A program made the position numbers and the translations under genes. The notes below the pieces were generated by a model. It did not search any database. It was not told where the DNA came from and saw only the letters and a program-made list of their open reading frames with translations. Shown here one piece after another: positions 50,301-62,615 of a stretch of 64,000 bases of DNA (within the stretch, counting starts at the first letter, position 1; each line of letters starts with the position of its first letter). Source of the DNA: Nemertoderma westbladi (Eukaryota; Animalia; Xenacoelomorpha); contig JAUCBJ010004507.1 in assembly GCA_032718475.1 (NCBI GenBank), forward strand, positions 1 through 64,000. The letters are read 5' to 3'.

Positions 50301-53300
50301 GTATACGTGTGAAGGAAAGAGGGAAGGTTTTAACTTAGCGGCAACCAGTGCAGTATACGTGTGAAGGAAAGAGGGAAGGTTTTAACTTAGCGGCAACCAG
50401 TGCAGTATAAGTGTGAAGAAAAGAGAGAAGGTTTTAACTTAGCGGCAACCAGTGCAGTATAAGTGTGAAGGAAAGAGATAAGGATTCACTTAGCGGCAAC
50501 CAGTGCAGTATAAGTGTGAAGGAAAGAGAGAAGGTTTTAACTTAGCGGCAACCAGTGCAGTATAAGTGTGAAGGAAAGAGATAAGGATTCACTTAGCGGC
50601 AACCAGTGCAGTATACGTGTGAAGGAAAGAGGGAAGATTTTAACTTAGCGACAACCAGTGCAGTATACGTGTGAAGGAAAGAGGGGAGGTTTTAACTTAG
50701 CGGCAACCAGTGCAGTATAAGTGTGAAGGAAAGAGAGAAGGTTTTAACTTAGCGGCAACCAGTGCAGTATAAGTGTGAAGGAAATAGATAAGGATTCACT
50801 TAGCGGCAACCAGTGCAGTATAAGTGTGAAGGAAAGAGAGAAGGTTTTAACTTAGCGGCAACCAGTGCAGTATAAGTGTGAAGGAAAGAGATAAGGATTC
50901 ACTTAGCGGCAACCAGTGCAGTATAAGTGTGAAGGAAAGAGAGAAGGTTTTAAATTAACGGCAACCAGTGCAGTATAAGTGTGAAGGAAAGAGAGAAGGT
51001 TTTCACTTAGCGGCAACCAGTGCAGTATAAGTGTGAAGGAAAGAGAGAAGGTTTTCACTTAGCGGCAACCAGTGCAGTATAAGTGTGAAGGAAAGAGAGA
51101 AGGTTTTAACTTAGCGGCAACCAGTGCAGTATAAGTGTGAAGGAAAGAGAGAAGGTTTTAACTTAGCGGCAACCAGTGCAGTATACGTGTGAAGGAAAGA
51201 GGGAAGGTTTTCACTTAGCGGCAACCAGTGCCGTATAAGTGTGAAGGAAAGAGAGAAGGTTTTAACTTAGCGGCAACCAGTGCAGTATACGTGTGAAGGA
51301 AAGAGGGAAGGTTTTAACTTAGCGGCAACCAGTGCAGTATAAGTGTGAAGGAAAGAGAGAAGGTTTTAAATTAACGGCAACCAGTGCAGTATAAGTGTGA
51401 AGGAAAGAGAGAAGGTTTTCACTTAGCGGCAACCAGTGCAGTATAAGTGTGAAGGAAAGAGAGAAGGTTTTCACTTAGCGGCAACCAGTGCAGTATACGT
51501 GTGAAGGAAAGAGGGAAGGTTTTAACTTAGCGGCAACCAGTGCAGTATACGTGTGAAGGAAAGAGGGAAGGTTTTAACTTAGCGGCAACCAGTGCAGTAT
51601 AAGTGTGAAGGAAAGAGAGAAGGTTTTAACTTAGCGGCAACCAGTGCAGTATAAGTGTGAAGGAAAGAGATAAGGATTCACTTAGCGGCAACCAGTGCAG
51701 TATAAGTGTGAAGGAAAGAGAGAAGGTTTTAACTTAGCGGCAACCAGTGCAGTATAAGTGTGAAGGAAAGAGATAAGGATTCACTTAGTGGCAACCAGTG
51801 CAGTATACGTGTGAAGGAAAGAGGGAAGGTTTTAACTTAGCGGCAACCAGTGCAGTATACGTGTGAAGGAAAGAGGGGAGGTTTTAACTTAGCGGCAACC
51901 AGTGCAGTATAAGTGTGAAGGAAAGAGAGAAGGTTTTAACTTAGCGGCAACCAGTGCAGTATAAGTGTGAAGGAAAGAGATAAGGATTCACTTAGCGGCA
52001 ACCAGTGCAGTATAAGTGTGAAGGAAAGAGAGAAGGTTTTAACTTAGCGGCAACCAGTGCAGTATAAGTGTGAAGGAAAGAGATAAGGATTCACTTAGCG
52101 GCAACCAGTGCAGTATAAGTGTGAAGGAAAGAGAGAAGGTTTTAAATTAACGGCAACCAGTGCAGTATAAGTGTGAAGGAAAGAGAGAAGGTTTTCACTT
52201 AGCGGCAACCAGTGCAGTATAAGTGTGAAGGAAAGAGAGAAGGTTTTCACTTAGCGGCAACCAGTGCAGTATAAGTGTGAAGGAAAGAGAGAAGGTTTTA
52301 ACTTAGCGGCAACCAGTACAGTATAAGTGTGAAGGAAAGAGAGAAGGTTTTAACTTAGCGGCAACCAGTGCAGTATACGTGTGAAGGAAAGAGGGAAGGT
52401 TTTCACTTAGCGGCAACCAGTGCCGTATAAGTGTGAAGGAAAGAGAGAAGGTTTTAACTTAGCGGCAACCAGTGCAGTATACGTGTGAAGGAAAGAGGGA
52501 AGGTTTTAACTTAGCGGCAACCAGTGCAGTATAAGTGTGAAGGAAAGAGAGAAGGTTTTAAATTAACGGCAACCAGTGCAGTATAAGTGTGAAGGAAAGA
52601 GAGAAGGTTTTCACTTAGCGGCAACCAGTGCAGTATAAGTGTGAAGGAAAGAGAGAAGGTTTTCACTTAGCGGCAACCAGTGCAGTATACGTGTGAAGGA
52701 AAGAGGGAAGGTTTTAACTTAGCGGCAACCAGTGCAGTATACGTGTGAAGGAAAGAGGGAAGGTTTTAACTTAGCGGCAACCAGTGCAGTATAAGTGTGA
52801 AGGAAAGAGAGAAGGTTTTAACTTAGCGGCAACCAGTGCAGTATAAGTGTGAAGGAAAGAGATAAGGATTCACTTAGCGGCAACCAGTGCAGTATAAGTG
52901 TGAAGGAAAGAGAGAAGGTTTTAACTTAGCGGCAACCAGTGCAGTATAAGTGTGAAGGAAAGAGATAAGGATTCACTTAGTGGCAACCAGTGCAGTATAC
53001 GTGTGAAGGAAAGAGGGAAGGTTTTAACTTAGCGGCAACCAGTGCAGTATACGTGTGAAGGAAAGAGGGGAGGTTTTAACTTAGCGGCAACCAGTGCAGT
53101 ATAAGTGTGAAGGAAAGAGAGAAGGTTTTAACTTAGCGGCAACCAGTGCAGTATAAGTGTGAAGGAAAGAGATAAGGATTCACTTAGCGGCAACCAGTGC
53201 AGTATAAGTGTGAAGGAAAGAGAGAAGGTTTTAACTTAGCGGCAACCAGTGCAGTATAAGTGTGAAGGAAAGAGATAAGGATTCACTTAGCGGCAACCAG

Positions 53301-55340
53301 TGCAGTATAAGTGTGAAGGAAAGAGAGAAGGTTTTAAATTAACGGCAACCAGTGCAGTATAAGTGTGAAGGAAAGAGAGAAGGTTTTCACTTAGCGGCAA
53401 CCAGTGCAGTATAAGTGTGAAGGAAAGAGAGAAGGTTTTCACTTAGCGGCAACCAGTGCAGTATAAGTGTGAAGGAAAGAGAGAAGGTTTTAACTTAGCG
53501 GCAACCAGTACAGTATAAGTGAGAAGGAAAGAGAGAAGGTTTTAACTTAGCGGCAACCAGTGCAGTATACGTGTGAAGGAAAGAGGGAAGGTTTTCACTT
53601 AGCGGCAACCAGTGCCGTATAAGTGTGAAGGAAAGAGAGAAGGTTTTAACTTAGCGGCAACCAGTGCAGTATACGTGTGAAGGAAAGAGGGAAGGTTTTA
53701 ACTTAGCGGCAACCAGTGCAGTATAAGTGTGAAGGAAAGAGAGAAGGTTTTAAATTAACGGCAACCAGTGCAGTATAAGTGTGAAGGAAAGAGAGAAGGT
53801 TTTCACTTAGCGGCAACCAGTGCAGTATAAGTGTGAAGGAAAGAGAGAAGGTTTTCACTTAGCGGCAACCAGTGCAGTATACGTGTGAAGGAAAGAGGGA
53901 AGGTTTTCACTTAGCGGCAACCAGTGCCGTATAAGTGTGAAGGAAAGAGAGAAGGTTTTAACTTAGCGGCAACCAGTGCAGTATACGTGTGAAGGAAAGA
54001 GGGAAGGTTTTAACTTAGCGGCAACCAGTGCAGTATAAGTGTGAAGGAAAGAGAGAAGGTTTTAAATTAACGGCAACCAGTGCAGTATAAGTGTTAAGGA
54101 AAGAGAGAAGGTTTTCACTTAGCGGCAACCAGTGCAGTATAAGTGTGAAGGAAAGAGAGAAGGTTTTCACTTAGCGGCAACCAGTGCAGTATAAGTGTGA
54201 AGGAAAGAGAGAAGGTTTTAACTTAGCGGCAACCAGTGCAGTATAAGTGTGAAGGAAATAGAGAAGGTTTTAACTTAGCGGCAACCAGTGCAGTATACGT
54301 GTGAAGGAAAGAGGGAAGGTTTTAACTTAGCGGCAACCAGTGCAGTATAAGTGTGGAGGAAAGAGAGAAGGTTTTAACTTAGCGGCAACCAGTGCAGTAT
54401 ACGTGTGAAGGAAAGAGGGAAGGTTTTAACTTAGCGGCAACCAGTGCAGTATACGTGTGAAGGAAAGAGGGAAGGTTTTAACTTAGCTGCAACCAGTGCA
54501 GTATAAGTGTGAAGGAAAGAGAGAAGGTTTTAACTTAGCGGCAACCAGTGCAGTATAAGTGTGAAGGAAAGAGAGAAGGTTTTCACTTAGCGGCAACTAG
54601 TGCCGTATAAGTGTGAAGGAAAGAGAGAAGGTTTTCACTTAGCGGCAACCAGTGCAGTATAATTGTGAAGGAAAGAGAGAAGGTTTTAACTTAGCGGCAA
54701 CCAGTGCAGTATACGTGTGAAGGAAAGAGGGAAGGTTTTAACTTAGCGGCAACCAGTGCAGTATAAGTGTGAAGGAAAGGGAGAAGGTTTTAACTTAGCG
54801 GCAACCAGTGCAGTATAAGTGTGAAGGAAGGAGATAAGGTTTTAACTTAGCGGCAACCAGTGCAGTATAAGTGTGAAGGAAAGAGATAAGGTTTTAACTT
54901 AGTGGCAACCAGTGCAGTATAAGTGTGAAGGAAAGAGAGAAGGATTCACTTAGCGGCAACCAGTGCAGTATAAGTGTGAAGGAAAGAGAGAAGGTTTTAA
55001 CTTAGCGGCAACCAGTGCAGTATAAGTGTGAAGGAAAGAGAGAAGGTTTTAACCTAGCGGCAACCTGTGTAGTATAAGTGTGAAGGAAAGAGAGAAGGTT
55101 TTAACTTAGCGGCAACCAGTGCAGTATAAGTGTGAAGGAAAGAGAGAAGGTTTTAACTTAGCGGCAACCAGTGTAGTATAAGTGTGAAGGAAAGAGAGAA
55201 GGTTTTCACTTAGCGGCAACCAGTGCAGTATAAGTGTGAAGGAAAGAGATAAGGATTCACTTAGCGGCAACCAGTGCAGTATAAGTGTGAAGGAAAGAGA
55301 GAAGGTTTTAACTTAGCGGCAACCAGTGCAGTATAAGTGT
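47387..55340. repeat. 52-bp satellite, ~150 copies, with higher-order structure
   Basis: Unit GAAGGAAAGAGAGAAGGTTTTAACTTAGCGGCAACCAGTGCAGTATAAGTGT, with 51- and 53-bp variants. Confidence 0.97.
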
Positions 55341-55545
55341 AGATAGAGTAACGTCCACAAAGAAGCAGCCATTTTTCTAGTACATATATGCCAAATTTCA
55401 GATGAAATGGAATAAAATCAAGGAAATCGTGGAAGGTTTTCACTTTCAGACATTTCTGTAAGTAGGTTAGGTTCTTGCCCAGGACACCGGTGGTATCATT
55501 AGATAAAGAGTTTGTTTTGTTGGCTGGACCTATGTAAGTGACCAA

Positions 55546-56730
55546 ATGGAATCAAAAGAAAAAGACCTGAAGCACCAGGGATTGATTGCTGTGCCGTTCG
55601 AAAAGGGGAATGGATACTGTGTGATGAGGAAGGAGTCATTCCTCGCCCGGGCTGACACGCTTATTGCTGACCCTACTAAGTTTGGTCCCCCACTGGGTCA
55701 CCCCAGTGCTGTTAAGATTGATATCTACCGTCGGAGGGCGGAGGTTATTCGTGACGAGGTCATCAGTATTGTGGGGAAGGAGAGTAAGGAACTCCGAGCA
55801 AGGCTATTGCCTCGCAAGGATACCACTCCGCCAAGGCTGTATGGCCTTGCCAAGGTCCACAAGGCTGGTGTCCCCCTACGTCCAATAACCTCCATGCCCG
55901 GCAGCATTTGTCATCCTATCGCGGAGTTCCTCAGAGACATGCTGCCCGAAGGAAAGATATCGACTAACAGTGCTGGAGCTGCCAGTCTTCTCGCTGAACT
56001 GGATGTACAACCCACGGACCGTCTCTACTCACTGGACGTTGTGAGTTTATTCACTAACGTCCCACTGAGGGAGGCGGTGCAGCTTGCTACTGATCTACTG
56101 TATGAGCAACATCCTGACACCCAGCCAATCAGCAAGGTCCAATTTCTTCGTCTGCTACCAAGGATGTTGTATTCCTAGATCACCATGGCAACTACGTCTG
56201 TCAGAAAGATGGTGTCGCTATGGGGTCCCCTTTGGGTCCCATACTCGCCAACATCTTTCTCTCACAGTTCGACGAGCAGATCACTGTGGGGACCAAGCTT
56301 AGTACGAGGTAGGTCGATGACGTGTTCAGTGTTGGAAGTAACGACCCCACTGAGAATTTGAGGGAGGTCAATGACCTCCATCCGAATCTCAAGTTTACAC
56401 TTGAGTTGGAGGATCAGGGTCGCTTGTCCTTTCTCGATATGGATGTGACACGTACGAGTCACGCACTTTCAACAAGCCGCAAGCCTACAGATACTGGACT
56501 CGTCCTGAATGCTACTGCGTGCGCCCCTGAGTCATACAAACGCGGTGTGGTTCGTGGTATGTTCCATGTGACTCAGGGACTGAAGTGCCAGCGGTGGTTC
56601 CCACTGAGGTCATTGACCTTGATGGCAACGTGCCGGCTGACAGTTCCAGGCCCATTATCTGTAAGTTTTAGTACCGTGGCCGGGCAACCGACCTCTTTGT
56701 TCGAATCTTGCGTGGTCTCATATTCAGGTT
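55546..56730 (+). pseudogene. Penelope-like element (PLE) reverse transcriptase relic
   Basis: PFEKGNGYCVM, PRLYGLAKVHKAGVPLRPI and SLDVVSLFTNVP. After a frameshift: QKDGVAMGSPLGPILANIFL, R*VDD (stop in YVDD), LHPNLKFTLELE...LSFLD and RKPT. No GIY-YIG domain was seen. Confidence 0.9.
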
Positions 56731-57524
56731 AATAAATGATATAATATATCAGGTTAATAAACTGGAAACACCAGTAAACATTATAAAAAATTCATTTCGC
56801 GGAAAGTTACCATCACCCCATCATCATTGGTGACATGATCTAAGGACATGCAATTCCTTCAATTATCCTACCGGCTTACGATACATGTATATGTAGCAGT
56901 TTAGGCGTATCTTTGACCCCCGTCAAATGCCATATCGATGACTGATGCATCGTCACTGGTCTTAAATATGATTTATAAATTAAATTTAGGCCTCAAGGGA
57001 GTTCTGACACAGAACAGATATGTATTATTTATCTCTAAAACATTCCATCACCAACGAAAATGTTTATAAGTATAATTATTATAGGCTTCCAATTACCACT
57101 AAAACTATTAAATTTGGTTGAGATTTATAAAAGTCGTACTAAACTGTATAAAAATGTCATCCGTATTACATTATCTATTGAACATTACTGTAAAATCTGA
57201 AATTATGTTCCAATAAATTATTATCCATTGAGCATTGGCGCTTTTGTGTGTTCTCGGAGATCATAGTCCAAGGAAGCAGTATCGGCCTCTTTATGTGTTC
57301 TAGGCACATGGTGGCGGACATGGACAGCAAGTGAAAAGTGATCTCCATTGCAAATTTACCACATTTTAAATGTCCGCAAGTTTTGTTTATTGTTTTGGTT
57401 ATACTAAACCGCCACTGTAAACTGCTAATTTCCCTTAATGTACTAAAATAATTTAAATCAATTTTTTATGCCACTAAACGCATGTGTTTGCGGCCATTTT
57501 GCGCCAGTAAGTTGTTCTAGTAGA

Positions 57525-59291
57525 TCATTGCCCATTGAGTATTGGCATTTTAGAATCGGTTCTTTTTCGAGAAGTTAATCTTGTGAAGAGTTCATGCAGG
57601 GTACTTCTCAAAACCTTGTTCCGCAGGGCATAAAGGATTGGATTGAATGTTGCATTGGCGTAAACGAGCCAAACGGGTATATCGAAAGAATAACACCGCG
57701 ATATGTCATCTTTCCAATGTACAACCCAAGAGATGGTGTACGGGATTTGGCATATTATATAAACTGTTACTAATATCACAATCGTATGCGCAACTCTGCG
57801 GTCCCGATTGAATCGGTTTTGGAGTTTACGTTGTTGCCTGATTACACCGGGTGGTTGACTGGTAAGTTCTGCAATCTCAAATGTGTCTGTTCGATATCTA
57901 TGGCCTTTCTTGTCTGATAGCCTTGTTAATCCATAATTTTCTTCAGTGGGATCATTTGATGTCGACTTGTTTCTTCGTAGTGTCCCAGGCCAAGCATACT
58001 CCACAATGTCTTCCATGTCATCATTATCAACTACAATGTTGTCTTCTTGTAAAACCTTCTCCCTTAATGACATCCATTCTAAAACATCATCTTCACCTGA
58101 AGGCAATGCTTTTACCAACAGAGTAACTTGTCGAAGTCGAATAGTAACATCATTCATCATATCTTCTATGAAATCACCTTCATTAACATATATTACTTTA
58201 TTTGTAAGGAAGTTATACTGCGCGCTGCTTTCCCTTGCCCCAATGGGTTCTTCCTCTTGTTCCTGTTCCATAGGTTTTGATATTTCCTGTGCAATATTAT
58301 TTTCCTCATCACCTTCTCCGAGTATATTTATGGTGGAGACCGCCCGATCGTGTGGGCGTGATTTGTGAGATCTATATCTAACTCGAGGAGATCCGCTCAT
58401 CCTATGTCCGAGATTCTGAAGCTGCTTTGTAAACATAAAACTACTTCTCTTTGGCAATCTTTCTGTTGTGGCTGCCGCCACCGGCTGACTTTGTGAGGCA
58501 ACAATATTTGGAAAGATTGGTGGGGGTGTTGTTGGGAAGGAATGGCGGTTGAGTTTCAGTGCATTCCTATGTATGGCGAGGTAGACTCCTCTGTTAAGTA
58601 TAACAAGAATTATTAGAGGGAAGTAAGTGAATGTTACTGCGGCTATCCCTCGAAAAACCCCATTCTCAATCCACTCTTCTCTGCAACCTTTACTTATCGC
58701 AGGGCTGGAGGGTTCACTACCCGCTGCTATATAAATCGCATTCCAGAATACTGTTGGTATCCCATATACTATTAGAGGTATAACCCAACTGGAAGCTAAC
58801 AGGGAGCCAATCACGGTGTATTTACGTCGGTATGTGTGCAATCGTGTGATACACATGTAGCGGTCAAAGGTAATCACGCATATGGTGAGACCACCGGCGG
58901 AAGTGCAAACGTAATCGCAGATCAACCATAACTTGCACCAACCAATCGGGGCTGCGTATGAGCAATCGTTTAAGAACAGCTTCGATACGTAACTGTAAGG
59001 TGCCACTACTAGAGACACAACGAAATCAGCGCATGCCAGTGATAGTATCGGTAGTTTACCTAATGTTCGCAGTCGTTTTTCGTAAACGAATGCCGTGATT
59101 ACTGAGCCATTAGTGAAGATCGCTGTTAATGTTAAAGGTACAGCTATCGCTAGAATTATCCATTTGCCCAAGTATGTGTATGAGCAGAATTCTTCTGTAT
59201 TTGTGACATTTATTTGGTTGCACGTGTACCCTTGGACTTCGTGTGGCGTTGTGTTGGCATTAAGGTTCAACATTCTGTCCATGTCCACCAA
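57525..59291 (-). CDS. Rhodopsin-class GPCR, aminergic (muscarinic/histamine H3-like), intronless, paralog 3
   Basis: LACAD, CKLWLICDY...DRY, long ICL3, CQIPY, WLVYANATFNPILY. The start is probably the ATG at 59283; the ORF track begins upstream at a non-ATG codon. Confidence 0.94.
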   Translation of the reverse strand: MVDMDRMLNLNANTTPHEVQGYTCNQINVTNTEEFCSYTYLGKWIILAIAVPLTLTAIFTNGSVITAFVYEKRLRTLGKLPILSLACADFVVSLVVAPYSYVSKLFLNDCSYAAPIGWCKLWLICDYVCTSAGGLTICVITFDRYMCITRLHTYRRKYTVIGSLLASSWVIPLIVYGIPTVFWNAIYIAAGSEPSSPAISKGCREEWIENGVFRGIAAVTFTYFPLIILVILNRGVYLAIHRNALKLNRHSFPTTPPPIFPNIVASQSQPVAAATTERLPKRSSFMFTKQLQNLGHRMSGSPRVRYRSHKSRPHDRAVSTINILGEGDEENNIAQEISKPMEQEQEEEPIGARESSAQYNFLTNKVIYVNEGDFIEDMMNDVTIRLRQVTLLVKALPSGEDDVLEWMSLREKVLQEDNIVVDNDDMEDIVEYAWPGTLRRNKSTSNDPTEENYGLTRLSDKKGHRYRTDTFEIAELTSQPPGVIRQQRKLQNRFNRDRRVAHTIVILVTVYIICQIPYTISWVVHWKDDISRCYSFDIPVWLVYANATFNPILYALRNKVLRSTLHELFTRLTSRKRTDSKMPILNGQ

Positions 59292-59578
59292 AATACTGCA
59301 TGCACCTTTTACATTAGTATAAACAGTTCAGTTCATGACATTAATAATTCTAGAAAGTACCAATATTATGTACTCAATAATTTAATATGTACCGTTAATA
59401 TTATTTATCACTATTAATATCAACTACTTATTAAGTCCTCCAAGAGTGTGGGGCGAGCCTTGGAGTCTGTGAGTCCAGAGGCGTAGCGAGGGGGAGGGGA
59501 CGTTCCCCCCGGGCACTCTCACCCAGGGGCGCTAAAATGTCAGGGAATTCTTGTAAAAATAGGACAAATCAGTGAAAA

Positions 59579-60205
59579 GTCAGGGATTGTGATACTGTAT
59601 TTGTGTCATAAAGTCAGGAATTGTGATACTCTATTTGTGTCATAAAGTCAGGGATTGTGATACTGTATTTGTGTCAGGGATTGTGATACTGTATTTGTGT
59701 CAGGGATTGTGATACTGTATTTGTGTCAGGGATTGTGATACTGTATTTGTGTCATAAAGTCAGGGATTGTGATACTGTATTTGTGTCAGGGATTGTGATA
59801 CTGTATTTGTGTCAGGGATTGTGATACTGTATTTGTGTCAGGGATTGTGATACTGTATTTGTGTCATAAAGTCAGGGATTGTGATACTGTATTTGTGTCA
59901 GGGATTGTGATACTGTATTTGTGTCAGGGATTGTGATACTGTATTTGTGTCATAAAGTCAGGGATTGTGATACTGTATTTGTGTCAGGGATTGTGATACT
60001 GTATTTGTGTCAGGGATTGTGATACTGTATTTGTGTCATAAAGTCAGGGATTGTGATACTGTATTTGTGTCATTAGTCAGGGATTGTGATACTGTATTTG
60101 TGTCATAGTCAGGGATTGTGATACTGTATTTGTGTCATAAAGTCAGGGATTGTGATACTGTATTTGTGTCATTAGTCAGGGATTGTGATACTGTATTTGT
60201 GTCAT
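59579..60205. repeat. 26/34-bp tandem array inside the hAT-like element
   Basis: Unit CAGGGATTGTGATACTGTATTTGTGT with or without CATAAAGT. Confidence 0.95.
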
Positions 60206-60269
60206 TCAACTCATTAGCAAATATGTGGAAAACCTTTTTCTCTGCTCGTTTCGCTCGCCATTCAATATA

Positions 60270-60410
60270 TTATAAGTGCACTGTGCTGGCTTGTCGACAA
60301 AATTGCGCCGCCACAACTCCCTATCACCCCTGACATTTGCTAGATCATCCGCATCTTCAAGGCCAGTGTCCTTTAAGATTCGTCTCAAGAAAGTCATGGG
60401 CTGTCCACCT
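60270..60410 (-). mobile_element. 3' fragment of an RTE-clade LINE
   Basis: Minus-strand translation GGQPMTFLRRILKDTGLEDADDLANVRGDRELWR resembles the RTE C-terminal GRPxxTxxxxLxxDTG...DRxxWR motif. Confidence 0.6.
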
Positions 60411-60524
60411 ATGTAATAAATTATACTGTTAGATATATAATTTTTTAGAAAAAAACATCATAAATTAAATGTTAAAATTATTGGAGAGGGGGAGTGGCGG
60501 GGGGGGGGGGGGGATTATCTCAGC

Positions 60525-62615
60525 TTCTGTGTGAGCCTGGGGGGGGGTGCAGAAGGGCTCGCTACGCCTCTGTGTGAGCCTGGAGGGGGGCGCGCCAGAA
60601 GGGCTCGCTACGCCTCTGTGTGAGCCTGGAGGGGGGCGCACCAGAAGGGCTCGCTACGCCTCTGTGTGAGCCTTGAGGGGGGCGCGCCAGAAGGGCTCGC
60701 TACGCCTCTGTGTGAGCCGGGAGGGGGGGCGCGCCAGAAGGGCTCGCTATGGCTCTGTGTGAGCCTGGAGGGGGGCGCGCCAGAAGGGCTCGCTACGGCT
60801 CTGTGTGAGCCTGGGGGGGGGGGGGGGGCAGAAGGGCTCACTACGGCTCTGTGTGACCCTGGGGGGGGGGGGGGGGGCGCCAGAAGGGCTCGCTATGCCT
60901 CTGTGTGAGCCTGGAGGGGGGCGCGCCAGAAGGGCTCGCTACGCCTCTGTAAGCCTGGAGGGGGGTGCGCCAGAAGGGCTCGCTACGCCTCTGTGTGAGC
61001 CTGGCGGGGGGCGCGCCAGAAGGGCTCGCTACGCCTCTGTGTAAGCCTGGAGGGGGGCGCGCCAGAAGGGCTCGCTACGCCTCTGTGTGAGCCTGGAGGG
61101 GGGCGCGCCAGAAGGGCTCGCTACGCCTCTGTGTGAGCCTGGAGGGGGGCGCGCCAGAAGGGCTCGCTACACCTCTGTGTGAGCCTGGAGGGGGGCGTGC
61201 CAGAAGGGCTCGCTACGCCTCTGTGTGAGCCTGGAGGGAGGCGCGCCAGAAGGGCTCTCTACGCCTCTGTGTGAGCCTGGAGGGGGGCACGCCAGAAGGG
61301 CTCGCTACGCCTCTGTGTGAGCATGGAGGGGGGCGCGCCAGAAGGGCTCGCTACGCCTCTGTGTGAGCCTGGGGGGGGGGGCGCCAGAAGGGCTCGCTAC
61401 GCCTCTGTGTGAGCCTGGAGGGGGGCGTGCCAGAAGGGCTCGCTACGCCTCTGTGTGAGCCTGGAGGGGGCCTCGCCAGAAGGGCTCGCTACGCCTCTGT
61501 GTTACCCTGGAGGGGGGTGCGCCAGAAGGGCTCGCTACGCTACGCCTCTGTGTGAGCCTGGAGGGGGGCACGCCAGAAGGGCTCGCTACGCCTCTGTGTG
61601 AGCCTGGAGGGGGGCGCGCCAGAAAGGCTCGCTACGCCTCTGTGTGAGCCTGGAGGGGGGCGCGCCAGAAAGGCTCGCTACGCCTCTATGTGAGCCTGGA
61701 GGGGGGCGCGCCAGAAAGGCTCGCTACGCCTCTGTGTGAGCCTGGAGGGGGGCGCGCCAGAAGGGCTCGCTACGCCTCTGTGTGAGCCTGGAGGGGGGCG
61801 CGCCAGAAGGGCTCGCTACGCCTCTGTGTGAGCCTGGAGGGGGGCGCGCCAGAAAGGCTCGCTACGCCTCTGTGTGAGCCTGGAGGGGGGCGCGCCAGAA
61901 AGGCTCGCTACGCCTCTATGTGAGCCTGGAGGGGGGCGCGCCAGAAAGGCTCGCTACGCCTCTGTGTGAGCCTGGAGGGGGGCGCGCCAGAAGGGCTCGC
62001 TACGCCTCTGTGTGAGCCTGGAGGGGGGCGCGCCAGAAAGGCTCGCTACGCCTCTATGTGAGCCTGGAGGGGGCTCTCCAGAAAGGCTCGCTACGCCTCT
62101 GTGTGAGCCTGGAGGGGGGCGCGCCAGAAAGGCTCGCTACGCCTCTGTGTGAGCCTGGAGGGGGGCGCGCCAGAAAGGCTCGCTACGCCTCTATGTGAGC
62201 CTGGAGGGGGGCGCGCCAGAAAGGCTCGCTACGCCTCTGTGTGAGCCTGGAGGGGGGCGCGCCAGAAAGGCTCGCTACGCCTCTGTGTGAGCCTGGAGGG
62301 GGGCGCGCCAGAAAGGCTCGCTACGCCTCTGTGTGAGCCTGGAGGGGGGCGCGCCAGAAGGGCTCGCTACGCCTCTGTGTGAGCCTGGAGGGGGGCGCGC
62401 CAGAAGGGCTCGCTACGCCTCTGTGTGAGCCTTGAGGGGGGCGCGCCAGAAGGGCTCGCTACGCCTCTGTGTGAGCCTGGAGGGGGGCGCGCCAGAAGGG
62501 CTCGCTACGCCTCTGTGTGAGCCTGGAGGGGGGCGCGCCAGAAGGGCTCGCTACGCCTCTGTGTGAGCCTGGAGGGGGGCGCGCCAGAAGGGCTCGCTAC
62601 GCCTCTGTGTGAGCC
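60525..62615. repeat. 46-bp GC-rich tandem array, ~45 copies, built from the hAT right end plus TSD
   Basis: Unit TGGAGGGGGGCGCGCCAGAAGGG-CTCGCTACGCCTCTG-TGTGAGCC. Confidence 0.95.

Larger units (their letters stand above)
59476..62607. mobile_element. Non-autonomous hAT-like DNA transposon
   Basis: 15-bp TIR CAGAGGCGTAGCGAG (59476-59490) and CTCGCTACGCCTCTG (62593-62607). Near-perfect 8-bp TSD TGTGAGTC (59468-59475) / TGTGAGCC (62608-62615). Confidence 0.8.

Noticed and set aside
18104-58368. Short plus-strand ORFs overlapping the GPCR genes
   Set aside because: Antisense shadow ORFs of genuine coding sequence.
915-62615. Tandem arrays as CRISPR arrays
   Set aside because: Units are contiguous with no unique spacers, there are no cas genes, and the context is eukaryotic.
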